From: an uncultured Pseudoxanthomonas sp.
GTDB taxonomy: Bacteria; Pseudomonadota; Gammaproteobacteria; Xanthomonadales; Xanthomonadaceae
Direction of reading: 5' to 3'
Assembly (NCBI GenBank): GCA_966210745.1
Contig: CBIHLJ010000004.1
Location: 3,318 to 67,317, forward strand
DNA: 64,000 nt
The notes under the pieces are model-generated. The model was not told the DNA's origin. It saw only the letters and a list, made by a program, of their open reading frames with translations, and did no database searches. Positions 50,411 through 59,621 of this stretch are shown here, piece by piece. Numbering within the stretch: position 1 is the first letter of the stretch; the number at the start of each line of letters is the position of its first letter. A program made the translations under genes and the position numbers.

Positions 50411-51745
50411 TCAAGCTGCGTCGACTGCCGGCTGCCGGATCGGCAGCATGATGCGGAAGCAGGCGCCGGAGCCGGGTTCGTTGCGTACTTCGATGCGGCC
50501 GTTGTGCTTCTTCACGATGCCGTAGGAGATCGACAGTCCCAGGCCCGTGCCGCTGCCCACCGGCTTGGTGGTGAAGAACGGGTCGAAGATGCGCTGCAGG
50601 ATGTCGTCGGGAATCCCATGGCCGCTGTCCTGGATCTCGATCCAGACTTCATCGCCCTCCACCCCCGTACCCACGGTGATCGTCCCGCGCTCGTCGATGG
50701 CATGGCTGGCGTTGAGCAGGATGTTCATGAACACCTGGTTCAATTCCGACGGCCGGCACTGCACCAGGGGCAGCTTGCCGTAGTGCTTTTCCAGGGTGAC
50801 CTTGTACTTCAGCTCGTTCCAGATGATGTTGATGGTGGAATCGAGGCCGGCATGCAGGTCGGCGGACTTCCAGCTGTCGTCGCGGCCCGAGTAGGAGAAA
50901 TCCTTCAGGTTGCGCACGATCGCGGTAACTCGTTCGATGCCCTCGCGCGACTCGGACATCAGCTGCGGCAGGTCGCCGGTGATGAAGTCGATGTCGTAGC
51001 GGGCACGCATCTCCTCGATCTCGGGCAGCATCGTCTTCGGGTCCGGCAGGCGCAGCGCGCGCTCGTAGACTTCGATCAGCGAGAACAGACTGTGCAGGTA
51101 TTCCTGCAGCGATCCGAGGTTGGAGTGCACGTAGCCGATCGGGTTGTTGATCTCGTGCGCTACACCGGCAGCGAGCTGGCCGATGGAGGCCATCTTCTCC
51201 GATTGCACCAGCTGCTCCTGCGTACCGGCCAGTCGCACCAGTGTCTGCCGCAGCTGTGCATGGCGACGCTGGAGTTCCTGCTGGCGCGCATGCGCTTCGC
51301 TGACGTCGTGGAAGACGATCAGACAGTGGCCACCGCCCGGGTTGTCATGGAAGTACGCGCGTACCTGCAGCACCAGGCCGTCGTCGAGCACCAGGTCGCC
51401 GTTCCAGCGGCCGGACTGGCGCGCGGTGGGAATGGCGTCGGGCGGCAGCAGCCGCGACAAGGCGCCGAGCACATCAGGGGAATCCTGCACCAGCGCGCGC
51501 GCCGCCGCGTTGGCGTGCAACGGACGGGCGTCGCCACGGCACAACAGGTAACCGTCGTCCATCAGTTCGGCCAACGCCTTCAGATCGGCGAAGGTCGGGA
51601 CGTCATCCGCAGTGCAGGCTCTGGACGGCTGGTTCAAGGGAGGGGCGGTGGCCACGGACGCATCGGGCGGCGGCGATGGGGCGCCAGTATCCGGCGCGGC
51701 CACGGGAGCGGCAAGTTGCGGCGTCGCAGTTTGCGGATCCGGCAC
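50411..51745 (-). CDS. Sensor histidine kinase (PAS-like + HisKA + HATPase), RavA-like position
   Basis: [45 protein letters not shown]; starts 5 nt after the flgN stop. Confidence 0.92.
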   Translation of the reverse strand: MPDPQTATPQLAAPVAAPDTGAPSPPPDASVATAPPLNQPSRACTADDVPTFADLKALAELMDDGYLLCRGDARPLHANAAARALVQDSPDVLGALSRLLPPDAIPTARQSGRWNGDLVLDDGLVLQVRAYFHDNPGGGHCLIVFHDVSEAHARQQELQRRHAQLRQTLVRLAGTQEQLVQSEKMASIGQLAAGVAHEINNPIGYVHSNLGSLQEYLHSLFSLIEVYERALRLPDPKTMLPEIEEMRARYDIDFITGDLPQLMSESREGIERVTAIVRNLKDFSYSGRDDSWKSADLHAGLDSTINIIWNELKYKVTLEKHYGKLPLVQCRPSELNQVFMNILLNASHAIDERGTITVGTGVEGDEVWIEIQDSGHGIPDDILQRIFDPFFTTKPVGSGTGLGLSISYGIVKKHNGRIEVRNEPGSGACFRIMLPIRQPAVDAA

Positions 51746-51750
51746 CGGGC

Positions 51751-52104
51751 TCAGGCAACCGCGAGCGGACGGGTGGCGGACAGGGTCGCGGTCTGGCCCT
51801 GCGCGTCGTAGGCGCCGCTGCTCTCGGTGCGGCCCAGGTGCCGGAGGGCCCAGTTCACTTCACGGCGGCGCCGGGCAAGCAGGATGCCGTTCGCGTGGTT
51901 CATCTCGGCAAGTTCGGCGAGCCGCCCCTGCAGTTCATCGGGAAAGCCGAAGCCGGCAGCGGCTGCTTCCAGCGCACGCAATGCCTCCAGCTTCTCCTGC
52001 GTGGCGCGCACCAGTGCCTCGACATCATGCTCGAGGATGGCGCGACGCTCCTCTCCCAGTGCCGCGGACAGTCGCTGGAGGGGGGCCGGTGTCATCGCGA
52101 TCAA
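51751..52104 (-). CDS. flgN: Flagellar export chaperone FlgN
   Basis: Downstream of flgM; helical, ELAEMNHANGILL, terminal AYDAQG. Confidence 0.85.
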   Translation of the reverse strand: MIAMTPAPLQRLSAALGEERRAILEHDVEALVRATQEKLEALRALEAAAAGFGFPDELQGRLAELAEMNHANGILLARRRREVNWALRHLGRTESSGAYDAQGQTATLSATRPLAVA

Positions 52105-52409
52105 CCGCCCAGCTGGTCGTCCAGTCGCAGCATTCCGTCGGCAATGGCCTCGGGATTGACCTTGTACGTGCCGGCCTGCAGCGCTTCGCGCACGGCCTGC
52201 ACGCGGGCGTTGTCGATGGCGGGGGCCGTGGACAGCTCGCGCTGCATGGCCTGGAGGCTGGCGGCCTCGCCGGTCAGGCGCAGGCTGTCACCACCGGCGC
52301 TGGCTTCCACCGGCCTGGAACGGTCGGCACCCGCGTTGGCAACACGGCCGCTGACGGGACCGGTGGTGCGTACGGCGGCGGGGGGAGTGCCTTCGATTTT
52401 CTGGCTCAT
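52101..52409 (-). CDS. flgM: Anti-sigma28 factor FlgM
   Basis: DSLRLT, IDNARVQAVREALQAGTYKVNPEAIADGML. Confidence 0.95.
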   Translation of the reverse strand: MSQKIEGTPPAAVRTTGPVSGRVANAGADRSRPVEASAGGDSLRLTGEAASLQAMQRELSTAPAIDNARVQAVREALQAGTYKVNPEAIADGMLRLDDQLGG

Positions 52410-52440
52410 GTCGGTTCACCTGTAACAGGGTTCATGGGAG

Positions 52441-52467
52441 ATATCGGCCGCGACTGATCCGACTTTA
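52441..52467 (-). promoter_or_regulatory. Sigma28 promoter of flgM-flgN-kinase
   Basis: Minus strand TAAA-N15-GCCGATAT. Confidence 0.85.
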
Positions 52468-52578
52468 GTGACGGATGCCGCATTTCCGAGGAAGGACCCG
52501 TTGCTGCCCGGTTTGCTTCCACCCGCGTTCGGTATCGGCCGCCCCCGGAACAACTTGAGGGCGAGGTTGCACTTTTTT

Positions 52579-53223
52579 TCATCGGCTGACCCAGACGTCG
52601 CCGCCCGGGCCCACCACGCCCTGCACCACCCGGCGCGAGGACAGGTTCTCCACAGTGACCCGCTCATTCTCGCCGGCATCCGCCAGCGCCCTGCCGGCGA
52701 CGCGCACTTCCACCCCGCCGCGACGGGACACCAGCGCCACGTTGTCGCCGCGGCGGACCACGCGCTGGGCGACCAGATCGGTTGCCGACAGTACCGTGCC
52801 TGCCGACAGCATGCGCCGTGCCACGCGGCCCAAGGCCTGGGATGGATCAGCGACCGCGGCGCCGACGATGCGCGAGGCATCGCGGGTTTCGGGAATGAAC
52901 GCCTCAGCGGTGATCGTTTCGCCCGGTGCGATGCCGCGGCTCAGCACCAGCACAGTCTGGCTGCGGCGTACCCGCACCGGCACGAACAGGCGCCAGCCAT
53001 CCGGGCAGCTGACTTCCACACTGTGGCTACCCTGGACGCGTGCTACCAGCGATGCGCCGCAGCGTGGCAGGCGCAAGGCGGGATCGAGCGTGGCCTCGGC
53101 CTCGCTGCCGGTTGGCAACGCGCCCAGAGCGGCTGCCTTGATGCTGTTGACCGGTTGGAAGTCGGCTGCCAGCACGGCGCATGCGGTCAGTCCGCCGATC
53201 AGGGCGAGGGTCAGGCGCAGCAT
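52579..53223 (-). CDS. flgA: P-ring assembly chaperone FlgA
   Basis: Signal peptide, LDPALRLPRC, SAF-like region, GRALADAGENERVTVENLSSRRVV; start at 53223 or 53244. Confidence 0.93.
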   Translation of the reverse strand: MLRLTLALIGGLTACAVLAADFQPVNSIKAAALGALPTGSEAEATLDPALRLPRCGASLVARVQGSHSVEVSCPDGWRLFVPVRVRRSQTVLVLSRGIAPGETITAEAFIPETRDASRIVGAAVADPSQALGRVARRMLSAGTVLSATDLVAQRVVRRGDNVALVSRRGGVEVRVAGRALADAGENERVTVENLSSRRVVQGVVGPGGDVWVSR

Positions 53224-53256
53224 GGGCGGGATCCGGAGGTTCATCGCCAACAGGCC

Positions 53257-53272
53257 TGCAAGGCTTGTGCCA
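53257..53272 (-). promoter_or_regulatory. Sigma54 promoter of flgA
   Basis: Minus strand TGGCAC-AAGCC-TTGCA. Confidence 0.85.
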
Positions 53273-53401
53273 GCTCGCGCTCAAGACGGAGGCACTTCGG
53301 GTTCCATATTCAAGAAATGGAAAGCGCCTGCCGGCAGGCCATCAAAAGCAGAGCCCATCGCGGATGTGGCGGCTACAAACGCGGGTCGAAGACACGGACT
53401 C

Positions 53402-53443
53402 CGTTGGCCCTCACCCCAACCCCTCTCCCGCAGGGAGAGGGGC
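53402..53443. repeat. CCCTCTCCC..GGGAGAGGG hairpin repeat
   Basis: CGTTGGCCCTCACCCCAACCCCTCTCCCGCAGGGAGAGGGGC; near-identical copy at 58590-58631 and an inverted copy at 58229-58265. Confidence 0.8.
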
Positions 53444-53464
53444 CTGGAGCGGCCACCCCACGGC

Positions 53465-53491
53465 TCAAGTGCCCTATCCCGCGGCCGATAT
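53465..53491 (+). promoter_or_regulatory. Sigma28 promoter of cheV
   Basis: TCAA-N15-GCCGATAT. Confidence 0.8.
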
Positions 53492-53498
53492 GCTGTGC

Positions 53499-54452
53499 AT
53501 GACCCAGGATCTGCTCAACCGCATCGACCAGCGCACCCGCCTGGCCGGCCACAACCGCCTCGCCCTGCTGCTGTTCCGCCTGGGCGGGCGTCAGCTTTTT
53601 GGCGTCAACGTATTCAAGGTGCAGGAAGTCCTGCGCCGGCCCGACCTGTTCCAGTTGCCCGGGCTGCCCACCGAATTCGTCGGCGTGGCCGACGTACGCG
53701 GCCGCTCGGTGCCGGTGCTGGACCTGGGCCTGAGCATCCGCCACCCCGAACGTGACCCGAATCCGGAGAACACCCCCAACTACCTGGTGGTCACCGAATT
53801 CAACCGCTCCGTGCAGGGCTTCCTGGTCAGCGGGGTTGAACGCATCGTCAACATCGCAGTGGAAGACATCCACCCGCCTCCGGAACTCGGCGCCGAAAAC
53901 AGCTACCTGACCGCCGTGACGCGCTTCCAGGGCGAACTCATCCAGGTGATCGACGTGGAAAGCGTGCTGGCCGACATCTGCCAGTCGCGCATGGACGCCA
54001 CGCTGGCGCCCGAGATGGCCCTGCCGGCGGACGCACCGCCGCTGCAGGTGCTGGTGGTGGACGACTCACGCGTGGCGCGCTCGCAGATCCGCAGCGTGCT
54101 GGAGCAATTGGGCGTCACCACCACGCTGCTGTCCGACGGCCGCCAGGCGCTGGACCACCTCTTGCAGGTGCACGCCGCCGGCGAGAATCCGGCCGAGCGT
54201 TACGCCATGGTCATCTCGGACATCGAGATGCCCGCCATGGACGGCTACACCCTGACGACGGAAATCCGGCGCCACCCCGGCTTGGCCGGCCTGTACGTGC
54301 TGCTGCACACCTCGCTGTCGGGCGTGTTCAACAACGCCATGGTGGAACGCGTGGGCGCGAATGCCTTCGTGGCCAAGTACAGCCCGCACGAACTGGCCGA
54401 GCACGTGCTGTTCCGCCTGAATCAGGTGGTTGCGGCGCAGATGGCGGCCTGA
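53499..54452 (+). CDS. cheV: CheV (CheW-REC) coupling protein
   Basis: LAGHNRLALLLFRL..FGVNVFKVQEV, C-terminal REC (VVDDSRVAR, SDIEMPAMDG, HTSLSG). Confidence 0.96.
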   Translation: MTQDLLNRIDQRTRLAGHNRLALLLFRLGGRQLFGVNVFKVQEVLRRPDLFQLPGLPTEFVGVADVRGRSVPVLDLGLSIRHPERDPNPENTPNYLVVTEFNRSVQGFLVSGVERIVNIAVEDIHPPPELGAENSYLTAVTRFQGELIQVIDVESVLADICQSRMDATLAPEMALPADAPPLQVLVVDDSRVARSQIRSVLEQLGVTTTLLSDGRQALDHLLQVHAAGENPAERYAMVISDIEMPAMDGYTLTTEIRRHPGLAGLYVLLHTSLSGVFNNAMVERVGANAFVAKYSPHELAEHVLFRLNQVVAAQMAA

Positions 54453-54453
54453 T

Positions 54454-54554
54454 CGTCGTCCCAGCGAACGCTGGGACCCATTTGCTTTTCCCACGGAAAA
54501 GGTAAGAGGCAAAGGGCAGGATCAAGATGGATCCCAGCGTTCGCTGGGATGACG
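54454..54554. repeat. Palindromic extragenic element (GTCNTCCCAGCGAACGCTGGGA..CCA type inverted doublet)
   Basis: CGTCGTCCCAGCGAACGCTGGGACCCAT (54454-54481) and ATGGATCCCAGCGTTCGCTGGGATGACG (54527-54554). Confidence 0.75.
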
Positions 54555-54598
54555 GCACAGGGAATCACTGCCTGCCCGGATGCCGACCTGCCCCGTTC

Positions 54599-54614
54599 TG
54601 GCACACGCCTTGCA
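54599..54614 (+). promoter_or_regulatory. Sigma54 promoter of the flgB operon
   Basis: TGGCAC-ACGCC-TTGCA. Confidence 0.85.
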
Positions 54615-54647
54615 GCATCCCCGGCAACGGTCTGCCGGAGCGGTGCC

Positions 54648-55034
54648 ATGTCCAATCCCATCTCCAACTACCTGGGTGTCCACGGAGCGGCCCTGCCACT
54701 GCGCGAGCAGCGCATGCAGCTGATCGCCAGCAACCTGTCCAACGCGGACACGCCGAACTACAAGGCGAAGGACCTGAACTTCCAGGCCGCACTGGAGAGC
54801 GCGGCGGCCAAGGCCTCCCCATTGCTGACCAGCAGCGAGCAGCACCTGACCCTGCTGGATGCCACCCCGCGCATCTTCGAGCGCGCAGGCGTGCAGCCAA
54901 GCCTGGACGGCAACACCGTCGACGCCGATACCGAACGTGCCGCCTACGGCCGCGCGGCGCTGGAATACCGCGCCTCGCTCAGTTTCATCGAATCCAAGGT
55001 GCGCACCATGCTCACCGCGATCACCGGCCAGTAA
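54648..55034 (+). CDS. flgB: Proximal rod protein FlgB
   Basis: IASNLSNADTPNYKAKDL, SLDGNTVD. Confidence 0.95.
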   Translation: MSNPISNYLGVHGAALPLREQRMQLIASNLSNADTPNYKAKDLNFQAALESAAAKASPLLTSSEQHLTLLDATPRIFERAGVQPSLDGNTVDADTERAAYGRAALEYRASLSFIESKVRTMLTAITGQ

Positions 55035-55045
55035 GGGGACGCGTC

Positions 55046-55453
55046 ATGAGCAACCTGCCCATCTTCGACGTCGCCGGTTCCGCGCTGCAGGCGCAGTCGG
55101 TGCGACTGAACACCATCGCCAGCAATCTGTCCAATGCGGATTCCATCGCGTCCTCGCCCGAGGCGGTCTACAAGCCCATCGAGCCGATCTTCCAGGCGCG
55201 CCCGCTGAATGCGGACGGCTCGCTGACATCGGTGCAGGTGAAGGAGATCACCCAGAGCGAAGCACCGCCGATCAAACGCTATGAGCCCGGCCACCCGATG
55301 GCCGATGGCGATGGTTATGTCTACGCGCCCGATGTCGATCCGGTCGCGCAGATGGTCAACCTGATCTCGGCATCACGCGGCTACCAGGCCGGCGTGGAAG
55401 TACTGAACACCGCCAAGGAACTCGCCCTGGCAACCCTGACCATGGGCCGCTGA
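55046..55453 (+). CDS. flgC: Proximal rod protein FlgC
   Basis: AQSVRLNTIASNLSNADS, YEPGHPMAD, MVNLISASRGYQA. Confidence 0.96.
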   Translation: MSNLPIFDVAGSALQAQSVRLNTIASNLSNADSIASSPEAVYKPIEPIFQARPLNADGSLTSVQVKEITQSEAPPIKRYEPGHPMADGDGYVYAPDVDPVAQMVNLISASRGYQAGVEVLNTAKELALATLTMGR

Positions 55454-55479
55454 CGCCCCGCCACCGAGCGACCACGCAC

Positions 55480-56160
55480 ATGACCACCATCAATGGCGAT
55501 CCGTTCGCCGCCATCAACAACGCCACGTCGGGCGCTGCCACGACGAAGAAGGCCGACACGCTGGGCCAGGCCGACTTCATGCGCCTGATGACCGAGCAGT
55601 TGAGCCATCAGGATCCGCTCAAGCCGCTGTCCAACAGCGAGTTCGTCGCCCAGCTGGCGCAGTTCTCCACCGTGCAGGGCATCAGCGAACTGAACACCAC
55701 CGTCGGCGGCTTCACCTCGGCGCTGACCGGCGACCAGGTGCTGAAGGGCGCCGCGCTGGTGGGGCACTCCGTCGTGGTGCCCTCCGACTCGGTCGCGTTG
55801 CCGGCCACCGGCAATGCCAGCGGCCTGGTGATGTCGCCCGGTGCAGGCAAGGTGACGTTCGAAATCACCGACGCCAGTGGTGTCGTGGTCGACACCATTG
55901 AGGTGGAATCCACCGGCAAAGGCGAAACCGCGTTCGCCTGGGATGGCGTGAAGGCCAACGGCGAACGCGCTGCCGCCGGTGCGTATTCCATCAAGGCCAC
56001 GCATACCGCCACCGACGGCACCGGCACCGCACTCAACACCTATGTCGATTCCACCGTAGAGAGCGTGACCATCGGCTCCGACGGCCTGTATCTCAACCTG
56101 CCCGGCTTGGGCACCGCCCCGCTCGACTACGTGCTGCGCATCGGCAAGTCGGCGTCCTGA
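55480..56160 (+). CDS. flgD: Hook capping protein FlgD
   Basis: LGQADFMRLMTEQLSHQDPLKP, FVAQLAQFS. Confidence 0.96.
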   Translation: MTTINGDPFAAINNATSGAATTKKADTLGQADFMRLMTEQLSHQDPLKPLSNSEFVAQLAQFSTVQGISELNTTVGGFTSALTGDQVLKGAALVGHSVVVPSDSVALPATGNASGLVMSPGAGKVTFEITDASGVVVDTIEVESTGKGETAFAWDGVKANGERAAAGAYSIKATHTATDGTGTALNTYVDSTVESVTIGSDGLYLNLPGLGTAPLDYVLRIGKSAS

Positions 56161-56197
56161 CCCCCTCACTCCCACCGCATCCAGCAAGGAGTCTCCC

Positions 56198-57418
56198 ATG
56201 GCTTTCAACAGCTCGCTGTCCGGCATGAGGGCGGCCAACGCCGACCTCAACGTCACCTCGCACAACATCGCCAACGTCAACACCACCGGCTTCAAGGAGT
56301 CGCGCGCGGAGTTCGCCGAGGTGTTCTCCACCACTGGCTACGGCCTGCTGCAGAACGGCATCGGCGCCGGCGTGCGCGTCACCAACGTCGCCCAGCAGTT
56401 CTCGCAGGGCGACATCAACCAGACCGGGCGCTACCTGGACCTGGCGGTGGACCGCGAAGGCTTCTTCACCGTCAGCAACAACGGGACGAACGTGTATACC
56501 CGCGCCGGCAACTTCCAGCGCGACCCCGACGGCTACGTGACCACACCTGACGGGTACCGCCTGCAGGTGTTCCCGCCACGCGCCGACGGCATCGGCTTCG
56601 ACACCGGCAATCTGGTCGACCTGCAGTTGCTGACCACCGACAGTGCGCCCGCACCGACCACCAACGTCGACCTCGGTGTCACCTTGCCCGGCAATGCCGC
56701 GCAGCCGACGATCACCCCCTTCTCGCCGACCGACAGCGCCAGCTACAACGAGACCACCTCGGTCACCGTGTACGACTCGTTGGGCGTAGCCCACCAGCAG
56801 GCCGTCTACTACGTGAAGACGGCGAATCCGAACGAGTGGCAGATGCATACGTACGTGGACGGTGCTTCGATGGGCGCACCGACCACGGTGCAGTTCGACA
56901 ACAACGGCACGCTGACCGCACCGGCCAACGGTCTGGTGACGCTGGCGCCGTTCACGCCCAGCACCGGCGCCGGCGTGCTGAACATGACGATGAACATCAG
57001 CGGCACCACGCAGTACGGCGAGCAGTTCGCCAAGCGCATCCAGAACCAGGACGGCTATGCCACCGGCAAGCTCAACGAGTTCAGCGTGTCGCCCGAAGGC
57101 GTGGTCTTCGCGCGCTACTCCAATGGCGTGGACCGGGCCATCGGCCAGGTGGGCCTGGCCAACTTCACCAACCCACAGGGACTGGTGTCGCAGGGCAACA
57201 ACACGTGGACGCACAGCTTCGCCTCCGGTGAGCCGCGCATCGGCGCGCCGGGCACGTCGGACTTCGGCCAGGTGGCCTCCGGCGCACTCGAAGCCTCGAC
57301 CGTCGACCTGACCGAGCAGCTGGTCAACATGATCGTGGCGCAGCGCAACTTCCAGGCCAACTCGCAGATGCTGTCTACGCAGGACCAGATCACCCAGACC
57401 GTCATCAACATCCGCTGA
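56198..57418 (+). CDS. flgE: Hook protein FlgE
   Basis: SHNIANVNTTGFKESRAEF, YTRAGNF, LEASTVDLTEQLVNMIVAQRNFQAN. Confidence 0.97.
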   Translation: MAFNSSLSGMRAANADLNVTSHNIANVNTTGFKESRAEFAEVFSTTGYGLLQNGIGAGVRVTNVAQQFSQGDINQTGRYLDLAVDREGFFTVSNNGTNVYTRAGNFQRDPDGYVTTPDGYRLQVFPPRADGIGFDTGNLVDLQLLTTDSAPAPTTNVDLGVTLPGNAAQPTITPFSPTDSASYNETTSVTVYDSLGVAHQQAVYYVKTANPNEWQMHTYVDGASMGAPTTVQFDNNGTLTAPANGLVTLAPFTPSTGAGVLNMTMNISGTTQYGEQFAKRIQNQDGYATGKLNEFSVSPEGVVFARYSNGVDRAIGQVGLANFTNPQGLVSQGNNTWTHSFASGEPRIGAPGTSDFGQVASGALEASTVDLTEQLVNMIVAQRNFQANSQMLSTQDQITQTVINIR

Positions 57419-57446
57419 TGACGGCACGGCCGACGGAGGCTGACGC

Positions 57447-58199
57447 ATGGACAAGGCACTCTATGTCGCGATGACCGGCGCCCGCGCCTCGCTGCAGGCG
57501 CAGGGCACGGTGTCGCACAACCTGGCCAACGTGGACACGAAGGGTTTCAAGGCGGCGCTGGCCGGCACCGAGGCGTTCAAGATCCAGGGCCAGGGCTTTC
57601 CTTCGCGCGTGGACGCGATGCTGATCGACCCCGGCTTCGATTCGCGGACCGGTTCGCAGATGGTCACCGGCCGCTCCCTCGATGTTTCGCTGCAGCCGAA
57701 TCGCTGGCTCGCCGTGCAAGCGGCGGATGGCGGCACGGCCTATACGCGCAATGGCGAGCTCAGCGTCACGCCGAACGGCCAGTTGGTCACTGCTGGCGGT
57801 CGGGCGGTGCTGGACGACAACGGCAATCCGATTGCGGTACCGCCCGCGCAGTCCATCGACATCGGCGCCGACGGCACCGTATCGATCATTCCGCAGGGCG
57901 AAGGCCCGCAGACGATGGCCATTGTCGGCCGCATGCGCATGGTCGAGGCGACGCCGCAGCAGCTGGCGCGGGGTGGCGATGGCCTGATGCGGCCATCCGA
58001 TCCGCAGGCACCGGCGTTGCCGGTCGCCAATGGCAACAGTCTCACCACGGGCGTGCTTGAAGGCAGCAACGTGGATGCAGCCGGTGCGCTGGTGCAGATG
58101 ATCCAGTTGCAGCGGCAGTTCGAGATGCAGGTGAAGGTAATCCGCAGTGGTGACGAGATGGCGCAGTCGTCGAACCAGTTGCTGCGCTTGGGCGGTTGA
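57447..58199 (+). CDS. flgF: Rod protein FlgF
   Basis: MDKALYVAMTGA, HNLANVDT.GFK, LEGSNV..MIQLQRQFE. Confidence 0.96.
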   Translation: MDKALYVAMTGARASLQAQGTVSHNLANVDTKGFKAALAGTEAFKIQGQGFPSRVDAMLIDPGFDSRTGSQMVTGRSLDVSLQPNRWLAVQAADGGTAYTRNGELSVTPNGQLVTAGGRAVLDDNGNPIAVPPAQSIDIGADGTVSIIPQGEGPQTMAIVGRMRMVEATPQQLARGGDGLMRPSDPQAPALPVANGNSLTTGVLEGSNVDAAGALVQMIQLQRQFEMQVKVIRSGDEMAQSSNQLLRLGG

Positions 58200-58208
58200 T
58201 GGTCTGAA

Positions 58209-58631
58209 CCCCTCTCCCTGCGTTGAGAGCCCCTCTCCCACCGGGAGAGGGGTTGGGGTGAGGGGCAACGGAGTCAGCCCAGGCCGACAACCGGCGGCCT
58301 AACAACATCCGCGACTCACTGAAAACGCCCGCCCGCGATGAACCTGTTGCGTGCATCTTTCAGTGCGGGTCTGCTTGAGGCCACACATGGCGCCGCTCGC
58401 CGCGGGGGCCCTACTTTTCTTTGCACAAGCAAAGAAGTGCTCCTCAACAGCCGAATGGCTGGTCAAGAAGGCCTCTGCGGCGAGCAGCACCATGCCTGCA
58501 CGCCAAAAGAACCATCCCGCCAGGCCCAGAAACCTGAAACAAAGGCGCGCCCTTTGGACACGCCCAAGGCCCACACAGGCGATGGACTTCGTTGGCCCTC
58601 TCCCCAACCCCTCTCCCGCAGGGAGAGGGGC
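58209..58631. repeat. Composite repeat element in the long flgF-flgG spacer
   Basis: Inverted CCCTCTCCC/GGGAGAGGG units at 58229-58265 and 58596-58631 bracket about 330 nt containing an AT-rich hairpin (CTACTTTTCTTTGCACAAGCAAAGAAGT). Confidence 0.6.
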
Positions 58632-58735
58632 TTGAACAGGCCCCACCGCCAGAAAAATGCCGGCGTCTGGTCCGAGGCCATGACCGAGGTCCCAGTTCGA
58701 CCCGAATCCAAGCGCCAGAACCACGACACCCATTC

Positions 58736-58750
58736 CGGCACAGGACTTGC
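58736..58750 (+). promoter_or_regulatory. Sigma54 promoter of the flgG operon
   Basis: CGGCAC-AGGAC-TTGC. Confidence 0.7.
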
Positions 58751-58813
58751 CTGAGAGGAGGCGAGGAACCGCATCACGCGGCGCCACCCCTTCCACCAGC
58801 GAGGAACCACGCC

Positions 58814-59599
58814 ATGAACCAGGCCCTCTGGGTCGCCAAGACCGGACTGGACGCGCAACAGACGCGCATGTCCGTGGTCTCCAACAACCTGGCCAACACC
58901 AACACCACCGGCTTCAAGCGCGACCGCGCCAGCTTCGAAGACCTGCTGTACCAACAGGTCCGCCAGCCGGGTGGCTCCACGTCCTCGCAGACGCAGCTCC
59001 CCTCCGGCCTGCAACTCGGCACTGGCGTGCGCGTCGTGTCCACCTCCAAGGATTTCCAGCAGGGCAACCCGCAGCAGACCGGCCGCTCGCTGGACGTGAT
59101 GGTCAACGGCCGCGGCTTCTTCGAAGTGCTGCTGCCCGATGGCTCGCCCGCCTACACCCGCGATGGCTCGTTCCAGATCAACGCACAGGGCGAGCTGGTC
59201 ACCAACAGCGGTTATCCCGTGCAACCGGGTATCCAGGTGCCTGAGGGCGCGCAGTCGATGACCATCGGCAACGACGGCACCGTCAGCGTGACCATGGCCG
59301 GTCAGGCGCAGGCACTGGAGATCGGCTCGCTCACGCTCACCGACTTCGTCAATCCGTCCGGCCTGCAGGCCAAGGGCGAGAACCTCTACGTCGAGACCAC
59401 CGCATCCGGTCCTGCGCAGAACGGCACCCCCGGCCTCAACGGCCTGGGCAGCCTCGTGCAGGGTTCGCTGGAAGGCTCCAACGTCAACGTGGTGGAAGAG
59501 CTGGTCAGCATGATCGAAACCCAGCGCGCCTACGAAATGAACGCCAAGGCCATCTCCACCACCGACTCGATGTTGGGCTACCTCAACAACAACGTCTGA
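58814..59599 (+). CDS. flgG: Distal rod protein FlgG
   Basis: [43 protein letters not shown]. Confidence 0.97.
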   Translation: MNQALWVAKTGLDAQQTRMSVVSNNLANTNTTGFKRDRASFEDLLYQQVRQPGGSTSSQTQLPSGLQLGTGVRVVSTSKDFQQGNPQQTGRSLDVMVNGRGFFEVLLPDGSPAYTRDGSFQINAQGELVTNSGYPVQPGIQVPEGAQSMTIGNDGTVSVTMAGQAQALEIGSLTLTDFVNPSGLQAKGENLYVETTASGPAQNGTPGLNGLGSLVQGSLEGSNVNVVEELVSMIETQRAYEMNAKAISTTDSMLGYLNNNV

Positions 59600-59621
59600 C
59601 CCACGCATACCGGGAATCGCC

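Noticed and set aside
30874-58813. Extended N-termini in the ORF track for ycgR (30874), the OB-fold-like gene (40499), MCP6 (46142), cheV (53181), flgB (54549), flgC (54527) and flgG (58592)
   Set aside because: The extensions run through promoters, repeats or upstream genes; downstream starts fit the promoters and family N-termini
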